Shown one piece after another: positions 29,888 to 40,105 of a stretch of DNA of 62,416 nt (its first letter is position 1; each line of letters starts with the position of its first letter). The notes beneath the pieces are model-generated. The model was not told where the DNA came from and did not search any database. It saw nothing but the letters and a program-made list of their open reading frames with translations. Both the position numbers and the translations under genes were made by a program. Source of the DNA: Methanobacteriota archaeon (GTDB lineage: Archaea > Thermoplasmatota > Poseidoniia > Poseidoniales > Poseidoniaceae); the NCBI GenBank assembly GCA_002699515.1, contig PAAW01000061.1:1-62416 (forward strand). Reading direction: 5' to 3'.

Positions 29888-31239
29888 TGTTAAATAATTT
29901 AAAAAACGCATATATTCATCTTTACGCTTTATTTTTGATATTAGTTTTATTATTTGGTAGATCATTTACTGGGCTTTATATATTTGGGTTTAGAATTGGT
30001 GAACTAGCAATAGGTGCTTGCTTAGTTTTATCAATTTATTTTCTATTTTTTATTAGGAAAGACAATGAAATTTTTGTTTTTGGAGATAAGACTTTTTATG
30101 CGATCAAGCTCATAATTCTTACCTTCTTCCTTACAGTATTTGCTACGGGAGGGTCATTATTAAGACTCTATACCTATAAGTCAAGTTCTTATATATGGAC
30201 CATTTCATTCTTAATCTTGGGAAGTATATTTTATTCGAATATAAGTAGAGATTTTTATCTATTAAAGTATTTTCCATTTTTTTTGCCTATCACTTATATA
30301 TTAAGTACTACATATTTTCCACAATTCTTAATTGATTTCTTTTTAACCTACTCAGATAAATTTGATTTTTTAAAAGCCGCAGATATATTCATTTTATATA
30401 TTTTTACAAATATATTTAATCAAAAATTTATGAAAAAAGATTTTAATTATTACACTTATTTATTAATTTCATCAGCAGTTTTTATTCCTCTTTTTCTATA
30501 TAAAAGCAAAGGGGCTTTCCTTCCAGCTTCACTATTCCTTCTAATGGAGCTTGTGAGGACACGAAAAATATTTATTAAATATAAGGTTAAATCTCTAGTT
30601 TTAATAATTTTATGTATTCCAATATTTTTTCTTTCTACTTACAATTCAGGTTTAGAACTTTCAGGCAACGAATATACCTTAGAAGAAGAGAGATTAAAGC
30701 TCATTACATCTAGTGTTGCAAGAGCAGCAGACGAAAAAAATACTATTGAATTATTTGGGTCATTTTTTATTTATGATGGAAGACTTTACTCAGAAGAACA
30801 AATGGCTAATTGGAGGCTACAAATATGGCAAGATGTGGTCCTTGACCTATTTTCTTATTCAGAATACGTGCCTTCGGGGGAACATTATTACAGAACACCA
30901 GGTGAATCAAGAACGGACCTTTTTCTGACTGGTTATGGTTATAACGAAATGTTACCAGCTATGAACCATTCAAGCAGAAGAGGCACAGATCTAATGAATG
31001 AAAACGTTCATAATTTCGCAGTGAATATACTTGCAAAAGGTGGTTTCGTTCAGTTCTTTTTGTTCATATTCTTTTACTTGAGTCTTATTACTCACTGGTA
31101 TAAGAAAAATAAAAATTTAAAATTGTTATCTTTTATAACATTTGCATTAATGTGTGCATTTTTTGATGTCGCTATGGAGGGTGTAAGGTTTCCTTTTATC
31201 TTCTTTGGATCAATTAGTTATTTATTTTATGAAGACTAG
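29887..31239 (+). CDS. O-antigen ligase/polymerase-like (Wzy_C/WaaL) membrane protein
   Basis: Many TM segments; SKGA, WRLQIW, GYGY, HN..VNIL..GG; ATG 29887 in TAATG overlap. Confidence 0.75.
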   Translation: MLNNLKNAYIHLYALFLILVLLFGRSFTGLYIFGFRIGELAIGACLVLSIYFLFFIRKDNEIFVFGDKTFYAIKLIILTFFLTVFATGGSLLRLYTYKSSSYIWTISFLILGSIFYSNISRDFYLLKYFPFFLPITYILSTTYFPQFLIDFFLTYSDKFDFLKAADIFILYIFTNIFNQKFMKKDFNYYTYLLISSAVFIPLFLYKSKGAFLPASLFLLMELVRTRKIFIKYKVKSLVLIILCIPIFFLSTYNSGLELSGNEYTLEEERLKLITSSVARAADEKNTIELFGSFFIYDGRLYSEEQMANWRLQIWQDVVLDLFSYSEYVPSGEHYYRTPGESRTDLFLTGYGYNEMLPAMNHSSRRGTDLMNENVHNFAVNILAKGGFVQFFLFIFFYLSLITHWYKKNKNLKLLSFITFALMCAFFDVAMEGVRFPFIFFGSISYLFYED

Positions 31240-32165
31240 CTTAAACTTTTGATATACCAGTTGTAAGTTTTTTCAATTCCTAAATCTAGATCTATTTCTG
31301 CCTCCCAACCTAATGAGTTTATTAAAGAGGAATCAAGAAGTTTTCGAGGGTTTCCATCCGGCTTACTAGTGTCAAATAAAATATCTCCTTCATAGTTCAT
31401 AACATTTTTAATTTTTTCGGCTAAATCCTTAATTTTTATTTCATTTCCACTACCAATATTAATTAAATCTGTATCAAGATCTTTATCAATTAAAAACTCG
31501 ATTGCTTTCGCTAGATCTTCAGAGAACATAAATTCTCTTAATGGCTCTCCAGTTCCCCAAATATTAAATTGTTTTTCATTTTTAATTTTTGCTTTATGCA
31601 TTCTGAAAATTAATCCAGGTATGACATGGCTATCAAGTTCAGAAAATTTATCATAAGGCCCATAGAGGTTGGTAGGCATTAAGTTCAAGACGTTAACGCC
31701 ATACTGTTCATTAATCGATCTTCCAATTTCTATTGCAGTTATTTTTGCCATTGCATAGGGTGAGTTAGTTGGCTCAAGCATTCCAGACAAAAAAGAACTT
31801 TCCTTAATTGGGTTTTCAGCATTTAATGGGTATATACAACTACTTCCGAGATTAATAATCTTAGTTTCTGGAAATTCTTTTACAGTTTCTAGTAGGTTCA
31901 TATTGATTTTTAGATTTTCTAATATAAATTCAGTTCTTTGTGTATTATTAGCCTGTATTCCACCAACCTTTGCAGCAGCATTAATTACTATGTCGGGGTT
32001 TTGATCCCTTATAAGCTTTTTTGTATCATCAAGTGAAAAAAGATCCGTATCTTTTCTACTAGATCCAAAAATTGAAGAAACTTTTTCAGAATTAACTAAA
32101 TGATTATTAAGAGTTGTTCCAACAAGTCCATTGCTTCCTAATATAAGAACTTTACTTTTCCTCAT
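31236..32165 (-). CDS. fcl: GDP-L-fucose synthase
   Basis: G..GLVG, AAAKVGGI.AN, LGSSCIYP, LEPTN.PYA.AK, MPTNLYGP, SHVIPGL, WG.G.P.REF, KPDG.PRK. Confidence 0.92.
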   Translation of the reverse strand: MRKSKVLILGSNGLVGTTLNNHLVNSEKVSSIFGSSRKDTDLFSLDDTKKLIRDQNPDIVINAAAKVGGIQANNTQRTEFILENLKINMNLLETVKEFPETKIINLGSSCIYPLNAENPIKESSFLSGMLEPTNSPYAMAKITAIEIGRSINEQYGVNVLNLMPTNLYGPYDKFSELDSHVIPGLIFRMHKAKIKNEKQFNIWGTGEPLREFMFSEDLAKAIEFLIDKDLDTDLINIGSGNEIKIKDLAEKIKNVMNYEGDILFDTSKPDGNPRKLLDSSLINSLGWEAEIDLDLGIEKTYNWYIKSLS

Positions 32166-32275
32166 TTCTTAATATTCTAACTAAAGTTTTCAATATAAAA
32201 ATAGAAATACTTTTTATTTCTCTATATTTATAAATTTATTCATCAGTTTATATATTGAAGTCATAAAATGGAATA

Positions 32276-34081
32276 ATGTGTGGTTATCTAGGAATTTTAT
32301 CAACCAATGAGATTGATCAAACAGAAGCACAAATTGCAAATAATAATTTAATTTGTAGAGGGCCGGATAGTAAAAAAGATATTTTTTCCTCAACAAGTAA
32401 ATATAACAATCATTTAAAAAATTTTAACTTCAGCTTTATATTTAACAGATTATCAATTCTAGATTTATCAGAAAAAGCAGACCAACCAATGTATTCTAAG
32501 AAATTTAATACAGCAGTTATGTTTAACGGCGAAATTTTTAATCATGCTGAGCTAAGAAAAGAATTAGAAAGCGAAGGTGTCCAGTTTAAAACGGACCATT
32601 CTGATTCAGAAGTTGTACTCTTAGGGCTTTCTTATAAAGGACTGAGTTTTTTAGATAAATTAATAGGACAATTTGCTGTATTTTTTATTGATTATGAAAA
32701 TATGGTATTCCATCTAATAAGAGACAGGCTGGGGCAAAAGCCTTTATTTTATTCTGTAACATCAGAAAATATAACCTTTGGTTCAAATTTAAAATCCATC
32801 GCAAGAGTCTCAAAAAACAAAGATTATAACTTCGAATCAATTGGTGAGTATTTTTCTTTGGGTGTCGTTACAGCTCCAAATACAATCTTTAAAAATATTT
32901 ATAAAGTAGAGCCAGGCGAAATAGCAACTTTTAATTTATTAGAAGAAGATTTGAATCCTACAAAAATTAAATACTGGAATATTGATGAACTTGTTGGAAA
33001 TCAAAATTTTAATGATGAGGAGTTCCTCTCCTTATTAAGTGATGCTGTAAATATAAGAGTAAATGCTGATGTTGATGTAGCAAATTTTTTATCAGGGGGA
33101 TTGGACTCCACATCTATAATTAAGATCCAAGAGAAAAATAATATTAATACAAATTCATTCTCAGTAGGATATGAAGATAGTAAATATGATGAAAGCATAT
33201 GGTTTAATAAAGTTGCAAAAATATATAATACAAATCATCGTACTAAAAATATCGGAAACAACTTCAAACTGGACGACATCTTAAATTCAATAAACATTTT
33301 TGACGAACCCTATGCTGACCCTTCTACAGTTCCTTCGTATATATTAAGTAAAGAAATATCAAAATTTTTTAAAGTTGCTATTTCAGGAGATGGTGGAGAT
33401 GAATTATTTGGAGGATACACAAGAACTTTAAGCCTCCTTAGTAATAGAAACAATATTCAAAATATTTATTCTAAACTTTTTTATATTTATCCCTCATTTC
33501 TTGGTACGGGAAATAACTTAAGAAAATATTCATCTGATATCTTAAAAGCTTATAGTTCTTATTTTGAAGACACTAAGCTTTTAAATTTACTAGGTATTAA
33601 TACTGAAACTAAATTTAACAATACACTTGTTTCAAGCTCCTTGAGCAATTATAAAAAGATGCAGTTAATTGAATACAAGCTTTATTTAAGTGAAATGATG
33701 ATGCTCAAAGTTGATAGAACATCAATGGCAAACTCCTTAGAAGTGAGGTCACCATTTGTTGATCATAGATTAATTGAGTATATGTTAAATCACAATGAAA
33801 CTCATATTGATCCTAAAAACTCAAAACAAATACTAAAAAATTTAATTAATGAAGATTTTGACAGTAGTTTTTTAAATAGAAAAAAAATGGGTTTTGTATT
33901 TAATATCGAAGAATGGATTTACCAAAATTTAGACTTAGTCCAGGACCGACTGATTAATGGAAAGATAATAAAGAGTTATAATTCAAATATTGTAAATTTA
34001 CTTAAAATAAATAAATCTAGAATGAATGCAAATAGATTGTGGAAAATATTCTTTTTAGAGGAGTTCTTAGATGGTAGTTAA
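32276..34081 (+). CDS. asnB: Asparagine synthase (glutamine-hydrolysing)-like amidotransferase
   Basis: MCG N-terminus, RGPD, RLSILDLS, FNGEIFN, RDRLG.KPL, FLSGGLDS, SGDGGDELFGGY, KVDR.SMA.SLEVRSPF. Confidence 0.92.
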   Translation: MCGYLGILSTNEIDQTEAQIANNNLICRGPDSKKDIFSSTSKYNNHLKNFNFSFIFNRLSILDLSEKADQPMYSKKFNTAVMFNGEIFNHAELRKELESEGVQFKTDHSDSEVVLLGLSYKGLSFLDKLIGQFAVFFIDYENMVFHLIRDRLGQKPLFYSVTSENITFGSNLKSIARVSKNKDYNFESIGEYFSLGVVTAPNTIFKNIYKVEPGEIATFNLLEEDLNPTKIKYWNIDELVGNQNFNDEEFLSLLSDAVNIRVNADVDVANFLSGGLDSTSIIKIQEKNNINTNSFSVGYEDSKYDESIWFNKVAKIYNTNHRTKNIGNNFKLDDILNSINIFDEPYADPSTVPSYILSKEISKFFKVAISGDGGDELFGGYTRTLSLLSNRNNIQNIYSKLFYIYPSFLGTGNNLRKYSSDILKAYSSYFEDTKLLNLLGINTETKFNNTLVSSSLSNYKKMQLIEYKLYLSEMMMLKVDRTSMANSLEVRSPFVDHRLIEYMLNHNETHIDPKNSKQILKNLINEDFDSSFLNRKKMGFVFNIEEWIYQNLDLVQDRLINGKIIKSYNSNIVNLLKINKSRMNANRLWKIFFLEEFLDGS

Positions 34082-35402
34082 TAAATTTTATTTTTACCCC
34101 GTTTCAATATTTATGGGAATATCTCTTTACTACTTATTATTTATGGGTAGTTTTATTATTCCCGATTACTCTTTTGGAAATCCCCAGCTTTGTGTTGATA
34201 TTGTTGAATATGAGCTTGGCAATAATACTTATTTTAAATATCCATTTAGTTGTGATCAAAATTTCTATTACTCAGGATTTGAAAACTTCAGGGAGGTATT
34301 TAAAGAAACGTATAATTATCAATCTCGTCCATTATTTATACTTGGAGGTTTTATTTTTTATAATATTGTTAACTTTTTAGTTAATATTTTTAGTTTAGAT
34401 TTTAATTACATAACCCAACTCTCTACTTTTTTGTACCAGATTTCAATTATCAATTTTATTGTTTATTTACTTTATAAATCATTTGACCTAAAGACTAAGT
34501 TTACAAATCTAAATTACTTCGTTCTATTAACCTTTGTTATGTTAAATCCAATATACAAGTGGGGTATATTTGTCCCCTCCCACCAAACAGCAACTTTGTT
34601 GCTAATAGCTTTTTTCATATTTTTTGCATCGAGAAAAAATTTGACCATAGATTATAAAGTTGCATTATTGTTTGGTTTATTTTTTCTTTTTCATAGATCT
34701 TTTTTAATTAGCTATCTAGCTTTGGTACTTTTCAAAAATTTAAATAAATTAATGGTTAAAGAAACCTATATAAAAAATTCTTATTTATTTCTTTTTTTCC
34801 TTCTACCAAACATAATTTATGAATCATTTATAAGGTTTGTTCTTCAAAGGTCAACTTATGACGCAAATACAGAATACTGGGGCCAGTTTATATGGTTATT
34901 TGATTTTATTAGGGGAAAAATTAGATATATTAGTGAGTGGCACTGTGTAACAATACCAGAAAATTTTATCTGCTATTTGAGTGATTTAAAAAGGATGTTG
35001 TTTTATATGTTTTTACCGGCGTTAGTTGTTGGAGTGCTTTTTTTAATAAATTTATATTTTGAAAAAAATAAAAAATATGACTTACTTTATGAGTCTGGAT
35101 TTATAACAATTTCTTTATTTTTATTTTGGTCTCTAATTGGTTGGTATCCTCCAGTTAGGTTTAACTTTTACAGCATTGGACATTTCATAACAATATTATT
35201 TTTTATCTTTTACTTAAACCAGGAAAATTTAATAAGTAGACTAATTGTTTTTTCTGTTTTCATAGTTAGCTATATTTTTATTCCTCATTGGAATATTCCA
35301 GAAGAGACAATAACTTTTGGAGTTACTTCTTATTTTTCTATTATCATATTGGCTCTTTTTTTTGTTTTCAAAATATTGGAAAGAAGAAAAGAGTATAAAT
35401 AG
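34071..35402 (+). CDS. Multi-pass membrane protein, GT-C-like (putative)
   Basis: Many hydrophobic segments; first loop carries CD..FY and YQSRP. Confidence 0.5.
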   Translation: MVVNKFYFYPVSIFMGISLYYLLFMGSFIIPDYSFGNPQLCVDIVEYELGNNTYFKYPFSCDQNFYYSGFENFREVFKETYNYQSRPLFILGGFIFYNIVNFLVNIFSLDFNYITQLSTFLYQISIINFIVYLLYKSFDLKTKFTNLNYFVLLTFVMLNPIYKWGIFVPSHQTATLLLIAFFIFFASRKNLTIDYKVALLFGLFFLFHRSFLISYLALVLFKNLNKLMVKETYIKNSYLFLFFLLPNIIYESFIRFVLQRSTYDANTEYWGQFIWLFDFIRGKIRYISEWHCVTIPENFICYLSDLKRMLFYMFLPALVVGVLFLINLYFEKNKKYDLLYESGFITISLFLFWSLIGWYPPVRFNFYSIGHFITILFFIFYLNQENLISRLIVFSVFIVSYIFIPHWNIPEETITFGVTSYFSIIILALFFVFKILERRKEYK

Positions 35403-35416
35403 CTAACCTTTATCTT

Positions 35417-36346
35417 ATGAGTATTAATATCTTATATTGTTTTGATGAAAACTACAATCTACAGGCCTTGACTTCGATGATTTCCTTGCTCGATGAAACA
35501 TCAGAAATTGTTGATATTTATATTGTTCATAATAATCCTGAAAGTTTTACAAAATTATCAAAGATTATTAAATCACATAAGAAAGTTGGAAAAATATTAA
35601 TCACTAAATTTGATAAACAAAATTTTACTTTTCCAAATGTTGAGAATAGTCATGTTTCTGACGCAACTTATTACAGATTGTTTATTGAAGACCTTTTACC
35701 AGAGCAGCTTGACTATGTTCTTTATTTGGATGCTGATATTATTTGTTATCATGATCCAAGTAAAGAAATTCAAAATGTAGCTAGTTCACTTTTAAAATCA
35801 GAAAATACAATTGCCTCAGTACGAGAAAATTTTGATGATACTGAAAAGAATGATATAAATAAAAGGCTAAATATAGATGCAGATAAATATTTCAACGCCG
35901 GAGCCATGTTTATTGATTTAAAATCTTGGAGAAAAAAATCAATTATGTCGGCTTCTTTGGAAATTATAAATCAAAAAAATAAAGATTTAAAATTTTGGGA
36001 TCAGGATGTATTAAATGTGATGTTTAATAATGATTTAATTGAAATTAATAATTCATTTAATTACATAATAAATATTGAAAAAGATACCTTAATTCCTGAA
36101 GAAACTATATTTCTTCACTACGCTGGAAGCTTCAAGCCCTGGACTGTTAGAGGGGCTATTGAAAAAAATTCAATCTATTATATGGAACAATATAGAAAAT
36201 TAAATTTAGAAAAGTTTCATATAACCCATACATGGAAGCTATCTTCTTTAATTTATTTAATAAGGAGTTTGTTTAATTTAAAAATCATAAATACTAAATA
36301 TCCAATTTCTTTTTTAAGTCAAGTAATTAGAACTCTTCTAAGATAA
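35417..36346 (+). CDS. GT8 glycosyltransferase
   Basis: FDENY, TYYRL, LYLDADII, YFNAG, DQDVLN, HYAG..KPW. Confidence 0.92.
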   Translation: MSINILYCFDENYNLQALTSMISLLDETSEIVDIYIVHNNPESFTKLSKIIKSHKKVGKILITKFDKQNFTFPNVENSHVSDATYYRLFIEDLLPEQLDYVLYLDADIICYHDPSKEIQNVASSLLKSENTIASVRENFDDTEKNDINKRLNIDADKYFNAGAMFIDLKSWRKKSIMSASLEIINQKNKDLKFWDQDVLNVMFNNDLIEINNSFNYIINIEKDTLIPEETIFLHYAGSFKPWTVRGAIEKNSIYYMEQYRKLNLEKFHITHTWKLSSLIYLIRSLFNLKIINTKYPISFLSQVIRTLLR

Positions 36347-36365
36347 AGAAAGATATTGATTAATC

Positions 36366-37259
36366 TTGAATAAAGTGATTAAAGATATAGAGTACAAATA
36401 TAGAAAGTTAATTAATATTTTTGTTTTATTTTTCTATAAAATACTTAGAACATTCTACAAAAACAATAATTCTGAATTGAAGTTAATAATTTTAAAGAAC
36501 AGAAAAACTCTATCTGAAGCTCATAGTCTTTTATCCGAGAATCAGTATGCTGAAAATAATTATGGAATTCCAGGTAATGTTTTTTTAAGTATTAATAAAC
36601 CTATTGACTCATTTCCAACATATTCTGATATATTTATTTTTATTTCAAGATACTTAAATAAACCAATTAACTATCTTGAAATAGGTGTATCAGTATTAAA
36701 AAACTACATTCAAATGAATGAAAGTTTACAAAATTCAAATCTTACATGTTTTGATATTAATCCAATAGCACCCAACTCCCTTTTCATATTTAATGAGAAT
36801 AACAAGAGAGAAAATAGTAACGAAAATATATTTACAGGATACAACAATGAGAATGAAAATGTGCTTTCATATTACAAAGGAAACGTTCTTGATAGAGAAG
36901 AAACAGGTGTTTTTAGAAATGCCCATAATTCAAAATTTAATTTTATTTTTTCCGATGCTCTTCATGAACATGATGCCGTTATTACTGAGTACAAAAATAT
37001 AATTAAAGGGAATTTAGATGAAGAATTTATCTTGTATTTTGATGATCTTGATTTCCCTGGTTTAGAAAATACAATAAATCTAATATATTCTGATATTAAA
37101 AAAGAATATAAAGATGTATTTTGTACTACTTTTTATATAAACGGGTGGGTAGGTCAGCATGAGAAGCTGCATAAGAATGCATTAATATCAACCATAGATT
37201 TTTATGAGGTTATGAAAAAAGAAAAAATTAAATTACCATTTATTAGAAGATGGATATAA
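36366..37259 (+). CDS. Putative class I SAM-dependent methyltransferase
   Basis: NYLEIGV, CFDI, FIFSDALH, YFDD; TTG start. Confidence 0.6.
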   Translation: MNKVIKDIEYKYRKLINIFVLFFYKILRTFYKNNNSELKLIILKNRKTLSEAHSLLSENQYAENNYGIPGNVFLSINKPIDSFPTYSDIFIFISRYLNKPINYLEIGVSVLKNYIQMNESLQNSNLTCFDINPIAPNSLFIFNENNKRENSNENIFTGYNNENENVLSYYKGNVLDREETGVFRNAHNSKFNFIFSDALHEHDAVITEYKNIIKGNLDEEFILYFDDLDFPGLENTINLIYSDIKKEYKDVFCTTFYINGWVGQHEKLHKNALISTIDFYEVMKKEKIKLPFIRRWI

Positions 37260-37263
37260 CTAA

Positions 37264-38331
37264 ATGTCAATTTTCTACTTTAAAACTTCAAGAATAATTA
37301 TAAATTTACACAAGATAATCCTTTACGCATTTTTAAAGTATTTTCAAGTTTACTCTAAAGGAAATTATGAATCCTTCAAGTACATTGGAGATCAAGACTA
37401 CCTTAAATTACTTGAGGAGTACATTGGAATAAAAGCTAGTCCTGAATCAAAAAAATTAGACTCAAAAACTCTATTAATCATTCAAAAATTTTCCTTTAAA
37501 TTGGTATTTAAAAATATTTTTAAAATTAATAGGATAAGAATAATAGACAAGCATTATTTTGGTTTAGTAGGAGCAAACACGCTTTTCAGACTTTTGTATA
37601 ACGACTTCAGCAATAAGAGTATAAAAGAAAATATTATTATTGAATCTTTGAAAAATTTTAATGATTTAAGGTCAAGAATTAAAGAAATAAAAGAGATATT
37701 CGTCTTGGGAAATAATGAAGACTTTTCTTCAATTTTAGATAAACATAAACCGGATTATTTACTTACATGCAATTCCTCAATCAACAATAAAAATATTTTT
37801 AAATCAAAATTACTAGTACTTTCTTTTTCAGATCCTCTCTTTCATTTTGGAATAAATGATCAAGCAATTGAATACAGGAAGCGTATATTGGAAGAGCTAA
37901 AAAATCAAAATAGTACTTATTTAATTGTTCCAATAGAAGGCATTCCTCTTCTAAAGAAAATTGGTGTAAATAAAGAGATACCAATCATTGGTTTAGACTC
38001 TACTTATTTTCAATTAAAAGTGATTAAAGTCAGAAATAATAAAATTTTTACTAGAAATTCTCATAATGTATTTACACAATATTTACTACCCATCTCCTCC
38101 CTTACCGAAAAAGTAAAAAATATTGGAGCAATAACTTTTAGTTCAAGAAATGCTTTTGAAGAAAAACTATGGAGCCACGATGAGAAAATAAAAGAAACTT
38201 CAAATTATAACTTTGCATTTGATGAGTCATTTTTTGGAGATAGAGATTTTAAAAAATATTATAAATTTCATGATAAGCAATTAAATAGGTTAATTAATAA
38301 AATTACTAACAAAAGAATTATTAAAGTTTAA
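37264..38331 (+). CDS. Putative Maf/DUF115/GT42-like ulosonate transferase (degenerate)
   Basis: IFVLGN....S...LLTCNS, FSDPLFHFG resemble the FI.GNGPS...CN / F.DP module. Confidence 0.45.
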   Translation: MSIFYFKTSRIIINLHKIILYAFLKYFQVYSKGNYESFKYIGDQDYLKLLEEYIGIKASPESKKLDSKTLLIIQKFSFKLVFKNIFKINRIRIIDKHYFGLVGANTLFRLLYNDFSNKSIKENIIIESLKNFNDLRSRIKEIKEIFVLGNNEDFSSILDKHKPDYLLTCNSSINNKNIFKSKLLVLSFSDPLFHFGINDQAIEYRKRILEELKNQNSTYLIVPIEGIPLLKKIGVNKEIPIIGLDSTYFQLKVIKVRNNKIFTRNSHNVFTQYLLPISSLTEKVKNIGAITFSSRNAFEEKLWSHDEKIKETSNYNFAFDESFFGDRDFKKYYKFHDKQLNRLINKITNKRIIKV

Positions 38332-39170
38332 TGAACATAAAAAAACATATTATTGAGAATGACTTTCTTAAAGTAGAGATTATTCCGGAGCTTGGTGGAA
38401 GAATTTCTTCTCTTATTTATAAGAAATCAAAAAAAGACTGGGTTTGGAAAAATCCAAATTTAAAAGTTGGTAAAGTTCCTGATTCCAAAAATTATGATGA
38501 TAACTGGCAAGGAGGGTGGGAAGAATTATTCCCTAATGATGCAATAGAAAATTTTTCATGGGGCAAAGGACATGACCATGGAGAGTTGTGGTTCAATAGC
38601 TGGGATTTAGAACATATTAATCCTGATAGTGCAAAATTAGAAATTAACAACCTAGATTCTGGATCTAAATTTAGTAAATTAATTACAATAGACGGATCAC
38701 AACTTATATGTGAGTATGAAGGAAAAATTAATTTTATTGATTATTTTTTATTTAAACTCCACTTAGCTATCCCACTAGAAAAGACTTTGTCTATTAAATC
38801 AAATATTCAAAGTATTAATAAAGTTGATCCGAATTTTGGAAACATACTAAATACAGAAGATCATGAAAAATTTTTAAATCCCAATATAAATTCTGGTCTA
38901 TTTGACTTTGCTTATCTAGATATTTTAGGCAATGAAATTAGTGTACTGGATGAAAACAGAAATCAGCTAAAAATTAAATATGACGACAAAAATCTTAAGT
39001 ATTTTTGGATTTTTCAATCACAAGGTGGTTGGATGAATCATAATGTTATAGTTTTAGAACCATGTACAAATGGAAGAAAAGACATAACAGAGGCTGCCTC
39101 TCAAAATATGTCTATTAAAGGCCCAATAGACTTTAAAACAAAATATATCGTAGAGTTAGATAAATTATGA
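38331..39170 (+). CDS. Galactose mutarotase/aldose 1-epimerase-like protein
   Basis: IEND.LKVEI.PELGGRISSL, GGWEELFP, DHGELW, KLH, LEPCT. Confidence 0.72.
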   Translation: MNIKKHIIENDFLKVEIIPELGGRISSLIYKKSKKDWVWKNPNLKVGKVPDSKNYDDNWQGGWEELFPNDAIENFSWGKGHDHGELWFNSWDLEHINPDSAKLEINNLDSGSKFSKLITIDGSQLICEYEGKINFIDYFLFKLHLAIPLEKTLSIKSNIQSINKVDPNFGNILNTEDHEKFLNPNINSGLFDFAYLDILGNEISVLDENRNQLKIKYDDKNLKYFWIFQSQGGWMNHNVIVLEPCTNGRKDITEAASQNMSIKGPIDFKTKYIVELDKL

Positions 39171-40105
39171 AAGTTACAATTTTAGTTAGATGTTTAAATG
39201 AAGTTGAAAATTTAAAAAAGCTGTTTCCTTTGATTGAGAAACAAACATTTAAGAATGTTGAAATAGTATTTATTGACTCAGGAAGCACAGATGGCTCATA
39301 TGATTTTGTCAAAAACTATAGTTCAAAAATACCGATAATATTATCGAAAATAGAAAAATCAAAATTTAGTTTTGGAAGATCTTTAAATATGGCAGCAAAT
39401 GAATCTACTTATAAAGATATACTAATCTCCTTATCTGCACATTGTTTCCCAACAAATGAAAATTGGTTGTATAGTATGATTACTAATTTTGAGAATGAAA
39501 AAATTAAAATTGTTTATGGAAAACAGTTAGGAGATACAAGGTCTTGGCTTTCCGAAGCTTCACATCTAAATATGTGGTTTGGTGATGAAAGTTCATATAA
39601 AGATTCTTCATTTGTAAATAATGGCAACTGTGCTTTTACTTATGATACATGGTCAAAATTAAAATTTAATGAAGACCTCACAGGGTGTGAGGATATTGAT
39701 TTTGCACAAAGAGTAATTAATGGAGGAGGTCTGATCTTCTATAGTTCAGAAAGTGAGGTAACTCACTATCATGATGAAAATAAAAAACAGATTAGAAACA
39801 GATACAGAAGAGAAGCTCAGGCCATTAAATATATATATTCTGATTCAATTACATTTTCATTATTTAATTTAATAAATAATACAATTAATGAAATAAAACT
39901 TGATCTCAAGTACAGAAAAAACAACTCATATAACTTTTCAAGCTTATTTAATATTTTTGTTTATAGATATAACAAAAACTTAGGACATTTTTTAGGAATT
40001 AATTACCCAATTAAATCAAATGAGAATATAAAGAAAAAATATTATTTATACGAAGAAGATAGAAAAAATGTAGAGTATTTTAAGAAAGATTATTTTTATA
40101 AATGA
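39167..40105 (+). CDS. GT2 glycosyltransferase (rhamnosyltransferase-like)
   Basis: IL.R.LNE, IDSGSTDG, FSFGRSLN, LSAHCFP, VYGKQ, F.E....ED. Confidence 0.85.
   Translation: MKVTILVRCLNEVENLKKLFPLIEKQTFKNVEIVFIDSGSTDGSYDFVKNYSSKIPIILSKIEKSKFSFGRSLNMAANESTYKDILISLSAHCFPTNENWLYSMITNFENEKIKIVYGKQLGDTRSWLSEASHLNMWFGDESSYKDSSFVNNGNCAFTYDTWSKLKFNEDLTGCEDIDFAQRVINGGGLIFYSSESEVTHYHDENKKQIRNRYRREAQAIKYIYSDSITFSLFNLINNTINEIKLDLKYRKNNSYNFSSLFNIFVYRYNKNLGHFLGINYPIKSNENIKKKYYLYEEDRKNVEYFKKDYFYK

Noticed and set aside
36785..36862. Asn/Glu-rich quasi-repeat (NENNKRENSNEN...NNENEN)
   Set aside because: Low-complexity coding loop expected in AT-rich DNA; no exact repeat unit.
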